A stretch of 63,292 nt of DNA, the filler included, from Octopus bimaculoides (taxonomy: Eukaryota), in the NCBI RefSeq assembly GCF_001194135.2. It is 4 parts of 4 records of this genome, joined end to end, with 100 filler letters (N's around TTAATTAATTAA, not from the genome) between each part and the next. Parts side by side here need not be neighbours in the genome. Positions count along the whole stretch, not along the records: positions 47,154 to 59,831 come from NC_068986.1; positions 59,932 to 63,292 come from NC_068997.1; 2 more parts are not named here. One strand, given 5' to 3'. The notes under the pieces were generated by a model. The model saw only the letters and a program-made list of their open reading frames with translations, did no database searches and was not told the DNA's origin. This document shows, piece after piece, positions 51,831-63,292 of this stretch. A program made the translations under genes and the position numbers. Position 1 is the stretch's first letter, and each line of letters starts with the position of its first letter.

Positions 51831-52659
51831 TAAAAAATTGAAAACATGAATTGTTTGAAACACTCTCCGACATTCAATACTGACGTTTCGAATATATTTT
51901 TATTTGTTTACACGACGCATTTAAAAACGATGGTTATAGCCTTGAAGTTTAAATGATTGTTTGGAAACCGGGGACCAACATGACAATCGCCACTTTGTAG
52001 CAGAAAACGAAACGTAATTTGAAAACAAGGAATTCTCAAGTTTTTTCATTAACCAAACCACCCCTACCTACACGCCAAGGTTCCAGGTTTTCTTAATTTT
52101 TTAAATCATGGTGTTAAAATACGCACATCTCGAATCCGCAAATTGCTCCTATTTGTAATTTCAAAATTATTCTTATACGTAAAGTCATGTGATTTATGGG
52201 ATATTTCTAGGACATCACACGATCACTAGATAGCTTCCTCGTTTCTTTATCACTCGGACATTGATGTTTCTCAGAAATGATTCTCGCCATAAAAGCATTT
52301 ATCGAACGATTACGCCCTGGTCCATTGCTGGGACTTAAGCAGCAACGACTGAAAATTGTAATATGAATTTTTAACCCTACCCCTGCACTAAATGACTCCG
52401 TGTACGTGAGTGTGTGTAAAAAGAAACGTATTTGCTGAACTGAAAAGCATGCTATTAAAATAAATTATCCTCTACATATCTTCTTTAAATTAACTTGGCA
52501 TCCTAATGAAATTTCTTACGACCATGCATACACACATACTCAGCGTGAGCGATATACATTAAGAGCGTGAGAAAGTGTGGTAAATATATATAGATAGATG
52601 ATTAGCAATGAGAAAGGCAAAATAGAGAGAGAGGGAGAGAGAGTAAGACGGGGAAAGAG

Positions 52660-52709
<50 letters not shown>

Positions 52710-52780
52710 AGAAAGAGNNNNNNNNNNNNNNNNNNNNNNNNNNNNNNNNNNNNNNNNNNNNNNNNNNNNNNNNNNNNNNN

Positions 52781-52817
<37 letters not shown>

Positions 52818-53183
52818 TTTTCTGTTGCAGTCACAGATTTTGAAATTTTTAAATTAACTGAAAATTCTCCAATTTGGTGCGTACATTTTCACTTCCCGTC
52901 CGATTTTTTAATTCGTTTATTTCAGAAACATTATAGAAAAATGTTACAGAAATTTGAATTTGATCACTTCCATCGAAAAGACAGGATTCGGAAGCTGACG
53001 TTTTGTGCATGATGAAAGCAACCATTATATGGCGAAGTATTAAACAAAATGAATGCAATGCGTGGGAGATAATGCATATAGAAAGGTAGAGACAGTGAGA
53101 GTGAGTGTTAAAGAGTGAGATGAATGTAGAGAGAGAGTTAGGCGTAACAGAAAGAGGGAGAAAGGGTGAGAGAGAAAGAAAGA

Positions 53184-53243
<60 letters not shown>

Positions 53244-53699
53244 AAAAGAAAGAGAGATTGATCTAAAAGTTGAGATATTTCTCGTAGAAATTAGATGTTT
53301 CGATAGTTGTTTACGGACAACCTACACTTTGAGAGGAAGATTTCAAAAACTATCTCCATTTTCATCCAGGACGCTCCTTTCCAGAGCCTTTCGGGGGTAA
53401 GTACACATACATAACTGCACACACACTCATTGATATAGTACATATATAATATAATTGTTTTTTTTTGGGGGGGAGGGGTTCCACACATGCGCTGGAGTAT
53501 CATTTAAGTAAACGTTCGTTTTATAAGATTTATGAGTAAATGTGTGAGATTGACTTCTCTAGTTATTCACACATTTCTTTCTATCCGATGCCACATATTA
53601 CATTATCATTGCTTCACTCCAAAATGTTTTGAAGCATATGGAACCCCTTAGAAATACTCTATTACTTTATATCATTTCTATCTCGCCAATTTAATTTCA

Positions 53700-54520
53700 C
53701 CAGGGTGACCATCTGTATTGAAGTGTCGCTGCATTTCGCAGTCATGGATGAAAAAGAGGCCGAGGAAGGCGAATGGCACCGCGAGTGTCGCGTTGCTCTC
53801 AAGTAATTATGCCGTCCCGGGTCGACCTTGAGCGACTTCAACGCAACCAAAGCATGCATTCTATATTGGATCAGTGGAGGGGAGGTACGACGACGATCTT
53901 GGGGCGAACCTGGGCGTCGACGAAGAATACCTGACCCGCCTGTTCAAGAGGACTTTCGGGCTGGGACCTATGGACAACTTCCAGAGATCCATGGCCTGGC
54001 AGTGCTATCGAGAGGTGCTACCCGTTCGGGATAAGCTCTACAGGCATTGCTCGAGAAACACGGGGCCGATCTGTCCGAGATGCGGTCAGAGCGACGAAAC
54101 CGTCCTGCACGTACTCGTACAGTGTCCAACCATTTCCGACCTATGGGCTTACGTTGAATGACTGCTATCGCGTGTGGGACGAGTCAGTTTATCAACGAGT
54201 CTATCGTGGATATTGTCGCCCCTCCTTCCTTGAAACGGGAAGGAAGAGCCATTTTCATCGTACTTGTGGCTATGGCGAAGGAATGTGTATGGTGGACGCA
54301 TCTGAACGGTCTAGAGAGAAACGCTTTCCTCTCTGGTCAATCTCGCATCAACTTCTTCAAGTATCACTTGAAGAGGAAGGTGAGAGTAGAAAGGGAAGTT
54401 TTGTCTAGTGGATGTTTCAAAAAATGATGGGTGAATGTAGCAAGGATTGCACGTGTGAATGACGGAACCACCTTGACCATGTTCCTAGGAACCAAAAAAC
54501 AAGAAAGGAAAAAAAAGAGC
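53700..54520 (+). mobile_element. L1/Tx1-clade LINE ORF2 C-terminal fragment (zf-RVT CCHC)
   Basis: FQRSMAWQCYREVLPVRDKLYRH..ICPRCGQSDETVLHVLVQCP..AKECVWW..KRKVRVERE; GC-rich island ending in an A-rich tail. Confidence 0.82.
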
Positions 54521-54800
54521 CACTTACTGTAATGTGTATTTTTGCATGACATTATTGCCCAATGTTCCCGCGGTCTTTTCCGTAGGCTTTTCTTTCCACG
54601 GATAATACTAATCTGATTTCACTTTTTACATTGACATTTCTGTGATACCGGATCCCTATTGATCGCCCCCACTTTCTTTCCACGATTTCTTTTGATCGGA
54701 ATTTGACCCACATTTTTTTTCTCTTGCTCTTCCCAAAAACAAAAGCTTTACTTTGCATTTTGTCCCCTCTTTCTTCAGCCCTGTGTGGCCAATGAAGAAA

Positions 54801-54837
<37 letters not shown>

Positions 54838-55436
54838 NNNNNNNNNNNNNNNNNNNNNNNNNNNNNNNNNNNNNNNNNNNNNNNNNNNNNNNNNNNNNNN
54901 NNNNNNNNNNNNNNNNNNNNNNNNNNNNNNNNNNNNNNNNNNNNNNNNNNNNNNNNNNNNNNNNNNNNNNNNNNNNNNNNNNNNNNNNNNNNNNNNNNNN
55001 NNNNNNNNNNNNNNNNNNNNNNNNNNNNNNNNNNNNNNNNNNNNNNNNNNNNNNNNNNNNNNNNNNNNNNNNNNNNNNNNNNNNNNNNNNNNNNNNNNNN
55101 NNNNNNNNNNNNNNNNNNNNNNNNNNNNNNNNNNNNNNNNNNNNNNNNNNNNNNNNNNNNNNNNNNNNNNNNNNNNNNNNNNNNNNNNNNNNNNNNNNNN
55201 NNNNNNNNNNNNNNNNNNNNNNNNNNNNNNNNNNNNNNNNNNNNNNNNNNNNNNNNNNNNNNNNNNNNNNNNNNNNNNNNNNNNNNNNNNNNNNNNNNNN
55301 NNNNNNNNNNNNNNNNNNNNNNNNNNNNNNNNNNNNNNNNNNNNNNNNNNNNNNNNNNNNNNNNNNNNNNNNNNNNNNNNNNNNNNNNNNNNNNNNNNNN
55401 NNNNNNNNNNNNNNNNNNNNNNNNNNNNNNNNNNNN

Positions 55437-55471
<35 letters not shown>

Positions 55472-56634
55472 TAGATATAGGTATAATTATGTATAAATAT
55501 ATGAGTGTATTATATGTATATATATAAATACATGTGCCTATATATAGTTGCATGTATAAATATATGTATATGACTGTATATAGGTGAGCGGACTCGTAAT
55601 CTCACACAGTCGTGAGTGGTTTCTAGTCTCCTGTAATCCTATGCTTGTTCGCCTGGTGAGGGAGTATTTATTTGATATTCGTTGTGTGCAAATATGTTTG
55701 TATGTGTGTGTGTGTATGTGTATGTGTGCATTTGTACACTGCTTAGAGGAGTGCGTTTATGTGTTTGCGATTGTGTCTGTGTTCTTCTAAGCGTGAAACT
55801 AAGGAATGTTACGAAGTAAAAGCTGAGAAGTAATAACTGAGTCTAGAACACAGACTGGTCTTCCTCCTCCCTCCCCCCACTCACCACCACCACCACCACC
55901 ACCACCTACAGAGCCGTCTATTTTGGATTCACTGCATTATCTCTATTAACGATAGGGTTAACAAGTTTGATAGATTACATTACACCCGAACGTTACGTCA
56001 CCATCAGCAGCAGAGGTAGCAACAGCATTACCACCACCACCACCACCACCACCACCATCCTCATCATCATGAATATCATCATCATCATCATAATCATCGT
56101 CATTAACATCATTATAATCATCCTATTTAGTAAATCGAGAATGAACAACTTAGTATATCTCTGTTCTGTCTATCCCAAAAAACGATGTTGGTCTTACATC
56201 TGCAAATCTGTGTTGAAGCTCTCGCAAGAATATATGAAGTGAATATTTGATACAATTATCCAAGAGATTTTTTTGAGCCTACCAATTTGTCTTTAAGTCA
56301 TAGTTTTGTATTTAACAATTTCGTAATTTAGTTACGTGTCTTCGAATTCAATCGCTTTTTCTGCGCTTTACTTAAAACATAGTCTTGATTCACAGATTGC
56401 ATGATTATGGATCGAACAGACTGATGTGTGTTAACATTCATGAGTCTAAGATGAATCTATTATTAATTGTATAAGTTAAACGTGTGCAATTGTAGGTGTA
56501 TCATAAGAAGTTTACTTCTCAAACACTAGGTTGAAGGTGAAATCCCACTTCGTCTGGTTTTGCGCAAGTCTTCTACACCGGCTGAAGAAAGACTTTAGAC
56601 TGGATTTGGTAGACAGAAACTAGAAGAGGCCCGT

Positions 56635-56703
<69 letters not shown>

Positions 56704-57162
56704 GCACACATTTATGCATGTATGTATGTATATGAGTGTGTTTGGTTTTTGTGTATGTGTTTGTCTCAGCAAGACTCGACAATCAGTGCTCGTGTGCTTA
56801 CTTCCTCATAACTTAACAGTTCTGCAAAAGGTTTCTTAAATTCTTCGACGCGATGCCCCCAATATGACCGCAGTCCAATAATTGAAACAATTTAAATATA
56901 AAAGATGTATTTTTTTTACGGATTGTTCAAATATTAGAATTATAAAATTCATTGGCATTTAAAAAAAAAAAAATTCAGTTTAGAACCAAAGATGTGAACT
57001 TATAACGGATCACTTTAGATGGCGACTGAATTAGGGTGGATGGCAGAAGAGTGTTTCCGAACTGTGGAGTGGAGTGAAGAAAAACGAAAAAATGGATATG
57101 GCAGTCGCATGAAAGAAACAGGCCCATGAAGAAAGAACGATACGCACACGCACACACACACA

Positions 57163-57200
<38 letters not shown>

Positions 57201-58807
57201 CACACACACACACACACATACATATATATATATAACAGATAAATATTTAAAATATATGTATTCACACACGCACACACACACACACACACATCCACACATG
57301 CGAACGTCCATATTACTGTAAGGAATTCATACTCATTTTCTACGTTCTTCATTTCAGAAACCCAACTGTTAGGCATTCTGAAGTCCCTGCCAAAATGGCA
57401 AACGTCCCGATATCATCCACGGCTGTTTGACAATGGCATATATTATTTACCCCCATCCTCCATCAAAGTATAGATATCACCGGAAGATAAGAGATGTTGA
57501 TAAATATCTACTCTTGGTAGAATATTTGTTGACAGCAGGTTATTTGGCAATTATCATTCCAAAATATTTAGTGAATAGTTTTTCGCAGGTTCATTTATCA
57601 GCATATTTTCTATTCTCTCTTTCTTTCCCAAAATCTAGGTCGTCTAGTTTTCTCTATCACGGTATTTCCCCTGCTTGGTCTTGGTTGGATAAGCAAATCG
57701 GCAGGTTTTTCTTTCGGCACTCAGCTACTCTTCATTTCTCTTTGTTGTTCATATTCTTTCCAGTTTTAACACTAATATTTGTAATTCCTTACCAAAATTA
57801 TGAAAGTTCTCAAAGTATGGACAATATGTACCATTTTACAAAGCAATGTCTCTCCACAACAGGACAGCACACACATACACACCTATCTATCTATCTATCT
57901 ATCTATCTATATGTCTCTCTGTCTCTCTGTCTATCTATCTGTATGTTTCTCTTTCTGCATGTGCGTGTAGGGGGTGCTAGGGGTACTAATGAAAAAAGAA
58001 AAGTTTTATTTTCAAGCGAACAATAACTGAATGACTTCGGCGTCAAGAAACATGGATTTATAACGGTGGCTCAATCAGCTTTCGTACTCTATGCTATCCC
58101 AATTCGTAATAAATATTTATAAATACTTACATATATATCGCAAGAAACATACAATAAGTGGAAACACACATAGCGATGTATTAAAATATTTATTATTATT
58201 AGAACTATATTTATCCTACATAATATCTGCACAGCTCGGTACAATCCAATAAAAGTGCGATTGGAAATCATTAGGTTGTCGCCGACGTAATAAAATAGGA
58301 GTTTTTATATTCCTACTCAAAAACGTTTCGCGTAACGAATTTAAAGGATACGCACGTATATATAATATGTATATGCGTTTGCACGTATGTATGTATGTAT
58401 GTATGTATGTATGTATGTATGTATGTATGTATGTATGTGTGTATGTATTTATGTATGTATGTATATATATATATANNNNNNNNNNATGTATATACATATA
58501 TGTGTGTATATACATACATACATACATGCATACATACATAAATACATACACACACTTATATATCCATTTATATATATACAGTATTCTTTTATTCTTTTAC
58601 TTGTTTCAATCATTTGACTGCGGCAATGTTGGAGCACCGCATTTAACCGAGCAAACTGACGCCAGGACTTATTTTTTCAACGCCTAGTACTTATTCTATC
58701 GTTATCTTATGCCGAACCGCTAAGTTTACGGTTGATTTAAACGCAGCAGCATCGGTTGTCAAGCGATGTTGGCGGGGAAGAGGCAAACACAGACACACAC
58801 ACGCACG

Positions 58808-58848
<41 letters not shown>

Positions 58849-59775
58849 ACACACACATATATATATATACATACACATACGTATCTGTATATAACATATG
58901 AATAATTGCATTAGGTATATTTGTGTGTAAAATTATAATAAATAGCAATGCAAATATATTTGCATAATTTCATTATTATTACTATTATTACTATTATTAT
59001 TATTACTATAATTATTATTAATATTATTATTATTTCACTATTTCCAGTTATATATTTGTTGTCTAAATCGCAGTGAACTTAGTTATACCCGGGGTACGCA
59101 GTTTCTGAACTACTTGCTTTAAGTCGCTGTGTTCGTAGCGATGCATGTCAATGACCGCACTAAGTATGCTTTTTAATAGCTACACTGACACCTACACAAA
59201 CATCACAATGTAAACACGAGCAGTCGGAATTAGGCAGTTTGCCAGAAGATGATGGTACGTCCGCAACACAGACATGCAGCCGTGAAACGAGTATAAGTAT
59301 GACGTCATAATTGCACACCGATTGTGGGAACCAGCATTGTTTACTGGTGTAAAGCATACACATATATAACAACCCGTACGCAAATATACACGATTTTGTG
59401 ATAAACGATAATATGTGTACACTTAATGCTCCGTGTGTACAAAGCAAGGACGCTTCCACATATTACCCTACTACAAGGTCAACACACGCTAAACGCGTAT
59501 TGAGTTCGTTTATAAGCTGAGAATATGAAATGCAAATGTAACGAAAAGAGAAAAAGTATTCTTAATGGAGTATTCTGCATATTTTCTCAACTACGATCAA
59601 CGAATATTGCAAAAATTGTATGATTCATTACGGATCCTGTGAGACCGTTGATGGAGTGAGAAGAGATGATATCCAATGGAAAAAGATATCATACACGAAA
59701 GAAAAAATATTACACACACACACACACACACACATGAATATACACACACACACGTACGCGCACAGACATGCATAT

Positions 59776-59831
<56 letters not shown>

Positions 59832-61142
59832 NNNNNNNNNNNNNNNNNNNNNNNNNNNNNNNNNNNNNNNNNNNNTTAATTAATTAANNNNNNNNNNNNN
59901 NNNNNNNNNNNNNNNNNNNNNNNNNNNNNNNGTGGGATGAGCTTATGAGGGGGGTTGACGATGAAGGGGGAAGGGGAAGGTGGATGTAAGAGAGGGGGAA
60001 GGTGGGTATGGGAGAGGGGAGAAAGAGAGGAAGAGAAAGAGAGTGAGAGAGAAGAGAGTGAGAGAGAGGGAAAGAGAGAAGAGAGTGAGAGAGAGAGTAA
60101 GAGAGAGTAAGAGAGTAAGGGTGAGAGAGTAAGAGAGTAAGAGTGTAGAGAATAAGAGTGAGAGAGGGGAGAGTAAGAGAGAAGAGAGTGAGAGAGAGTA
60201 AGAGAGAGGAGAGAAAGAGTAGGGGTGAAGAGAAGTGGGAGTGAAGAGAAGTAGGAAGAGAAGTAGGAGTATATATATGTATATATATATATATATATAT
60301 ATAGTTGTGGTTTGTAAATTATACTTGCAAACTCAATAATACTAGAAATAAATTAAAGACAAACGAAATATATTTCGTGTAATAAATATTTCATATATAA
60401 TTTATTAGTTACAGAATGCAGGTTATTATTGCATATTGCGGTTCCTTAAAGAGAGAGGAAGCTTGCCACTTGTGATGTTTTATTTTGTTGCGTTAACGAG
60501 CGGAATTTAATTTGCTAATAGTAAAGTGTTAATGATACGAATTATGGAACGCTAATGATACTTGCGTTGTTCACTATAAATCTTTGTAAAAACAGAGAAT
60601 AACGGTTCTAACGAATATTGACGCCTTGATATCACCCGCCTATCCAACATCCGCCTTAGAATATCAGCCATTACGGTGCACTCCGAACACTCGCATTACA
60701 GGAGTCTTGTCACGATACCCGCCTCAAGAACAATGTATAACCACAATATCAGAAAGCAGATATATCATTCTACATTTTGAATGTATAACATATATTTTCA
60801 GGATGAGATTTCAGGTTGTATATAGTTAAATGTGTATTTATTTAATTTCAGGTCGTGTGGGTGTACACGAAAGCTCTTGTCTCTGTTTACTTAGCTATTT
60901 ACGTGTCTCTATATAGAACCAAGAGGAACTTCATGTTTATTTCATTTGATTTCAATATGTTCAAGGATCAGCAGATCACTATTACATGCATGCATGTTTA
61001 TGTATTTATACGTGCTTGTGTTTCTAGCTCATATATACACATCCGTGTGCATCTGTGTGTGTTTCTGTAGTGTGCCTGTGCAGCTGGTTGTATATATATG
61101 TACCCAGACATGTATTTCTAAACATTCATACGAAGAGTGATA

Positions 61143-61187
<45 letters not shown>

Positions 61188-61190
<3 letters not shown>

Positions 61191-61530
61191 CGAGGTCTGA
61201 TCGAAAAATATTGTGACTGTTGATATGGTAACGGAGCTGAAGTACGCAGAATGAAGCCGCTTGGCACAGATTGTTCTTGAACTCTGTCGGAAATGCACAC
61301 TAAGTCATAACGTTCACATTTACTTCTGTTATTCATATCAGCGCGTGGAAGTAAAGTGTGCCGAGTGTGGCCGTTTGAAAAGGAAGATTGGGTTTCAAAT
61401 GCATAGGATCTCCCTGATTGTGTCGAGGAAGACGAAAGCGTTTTGGAAACGACCATAACAAGTGACGAATCATGGGTCTTCGGCTATGACCCCGAGACAA
61501 ATGCTCAGACTTCTCAGTCGAAGATCCTTA
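61188..61530 (+). mobile_element. Mariner internal-deletion derivative
   Basis: TIR-like cgaggtctgatcgaaaaatattgtgac; ITSDESWVFGYDPE..QTSQ motif around the first catalytic Asp. Confidence 0.7.
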
Positions 61531-61534
61531 CATA

Positions 61535-61584
<50 letters not shown>

Positions 61585-62439
61585 TGTATTATATATATAN
61601 NNNNNNNNNNNNNNNNNNNNNNNNNNNNNNNNNNNNNNNNNNNNNNNNNNNNNNNNNNNNNNNNNNNNNNNNNNNNNNNNNNNNNNNNNNNNNNNNNNNN
61701 NNNNNNNNNNNNNNNNNNNNNNNNNNNNNNNNNNNNNNNNNNNNNNNNNNNNNNNNNNNNNNNNNNNNNNNNNNNNNNNNNNNNNNNNNNNNNNNNNNNN
61801 NNNNNNNNNNNNNNNNNNNNNNNNNNNNNNNNNNNNNNNNNNNNNNNNNNNNNNNNNNNNNNNNNNNNNNNNNNNNNNNNNNNNNNNNNNNNNNNNNNNN
61901 NNNNNNNNNNNNNNNNNNNNNNNNNNNNNNNNNNNNNNNNNNNNNNNNNNNNNNNNNNNNNNNNNNNNNNNNNNNNNNNNNNNNNNNNNNNNNNNNNNNN
62001 NNNNNNNNNNNNNNNNNNNATATATATATATATACACATATATATATATATATTTATTGTTCTAGAGAATTAGTAAGAATGGTACACCTCTGCCACGTGA
62101 TAAATTGAATAACGTAGTTACTATGAGTAAAGGGAGTACGTAGTAGACGGTCACTGATAGTCGTGTCGTTACTGGTTTTACTAAATATACTGTATACTGA
62201 AATGGGCGTTATAACAATCCAAGAAAATAAGGATATAATAGTGGCAACGAAGATTTAAACAACTGATGAAGAATTAATAAACTCGATGAGGATTTTAACA
62301 GCTCACGACGATTTAACAACCCACGCATCTAAATACTAACAAAAGAGATGAAAACCGCAATGAAAAACACTAATTATGGCCAAATTGTAATAGTAGAAAT
62401 ACAGCTAAAGCGGTAACGGCGTCGCTAAATGGAGTCGGG

Positions 62440-62720
62440 ACTGCCTTATATACAAATAAATACGGTAAATGCTCATGCAGAGAGGAATCAAAATGTCCAT
62501 TAATGAATCTCTGTATGAGCAGAAATCTGGTATATATATGTACCGTGCATACAAGAGGAGGGTCGTATGTTTACATTGGGCAGACGTCTGATTTATTTAA
62601 GATTCGTTATCGTAACCATGTCGCCAGCTTTAAGATATTCAAAGTCTTCGGCCGACTTTGAATGGCAACTGAAGGAAAATAAAATGAAGTACAACATAAA
62701 TTGGTCCATAGTTGATCTTC
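62440..62720 (+). mobile_element. PLE GIY-YIG endonuclease fragment (second lineage)
   Basis: KCSCREESKCPLMNLCMSRNLVYICTV..YVYIGQTSDLFKIRYRNHVASF..WQLKENKMKYNINWSIVD. Confidence 0.85.
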
Positions 62721-62964
62721 TATATAAATGAAGATATTTCTTGTGGCTGCTTTTCTTTCTAGAAGATGAGAAGTTACCATCCGGAACTGTTATTTTAACG
62801 GGTAGTGTCTATTTATCATCCGATGACATATACCTGCACCACCGGATGATCATGAACCAGTTGTTGAAAGTACCACCCATGAGAGATCGATGCTGAATGT
62901 GTCAAAACGATTCTCGTATAGTCCACCTTCCGTCTTTCATATGGCATGTATATATATATATATA

Positions 62965-63292
62965 CTAGTAGTATAACCCGACCTTGTCCGGGTGTGACTT
63001 ATTATGCCATCTACGATAAGTCTTGCTAGCTGAAAATCAACTAAAAAAGAAAGCCTTACAACGAAAAAACCCTTATGATGTAAATATGTTCATAATTCAA
63101 AAGACGATGAAATTAATAGGGAAAGTCTGAAGGCTGTTTTGCGTAAAATTATTAAGCATACGTAAATTTCATCCGTGTAATTGGCTATAGAAATGCTTGT
63201 GCAAAACAACTTTTTGCGCTACCCTGATTATACATAGCAGGGTAATCCCTTTTCACTGGAGCTAGGATGGCAATTTGTGATGAAGCAATTGC
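62965..63292 (-). mobile_element. Helitron-like 3' terminus (element runs off the window)
   Basis: On the minus strand, hairpin acccggacaaggtcgggt, 7 nt, then CTAG|T. Confidence 0.55.

Noticed and set aside
57427-58026. 199-aa plus-strand ORF
   Set aside because: No recognisable motif or splice signals; runs into microsatellite; probably chance or a decayed TE
40920-62108. Many long ORFs containing X runs or poly-CV/HT/YI/I/L tracts
   Set aside because: Produced by N gaps and di/tri-nucleotide microsatellites; no coding signal

Overview
AT-rich, microsatellite-dense, gapped eukaryotic scaffold. The repeat landscape suggests a cephalopod (Octopus-like) genome, which is an inference. Most of the window is decayed transposable elements: RTE, CR1, L1/Tx1 and R4/Dong LINEs, Penelope-like elements (PLEs), a Gypsy pol, Tc1/mariner, Merlin, Helitron, tRNA-derived SINEs and several MITEs. 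One host gene was reconstructed by eye, and the ORF track does not show it as a gene: a 4-exon, minus-strand fatty-acid-binding-protein (FABP/iLBP)-like gene (CDS 45505-45433, 31458-31277, 31107-30997, 26559-26503; 140 aa). It has a TATA box, canonical splice sites and a polyA signal, but appears to lack the classical Arg/Arg/Tyr fatty-acid-binding triad. Other highlights: two families of hammerhead-ribozyme-like motifs in PLE terminal repeats; a MITE whose TIRs run into telomeric TTAGGG repeats (9-bp TSD); a Merlin-type MITE (8-bp TSD) splitting a CR1 ORF1 with a Myb/SANT-like, poly-Q and CCCH architecture; and a cluster of R4/Dong-type elements in (TAA)n. TE boundaries are approximate unless a TSD is given.
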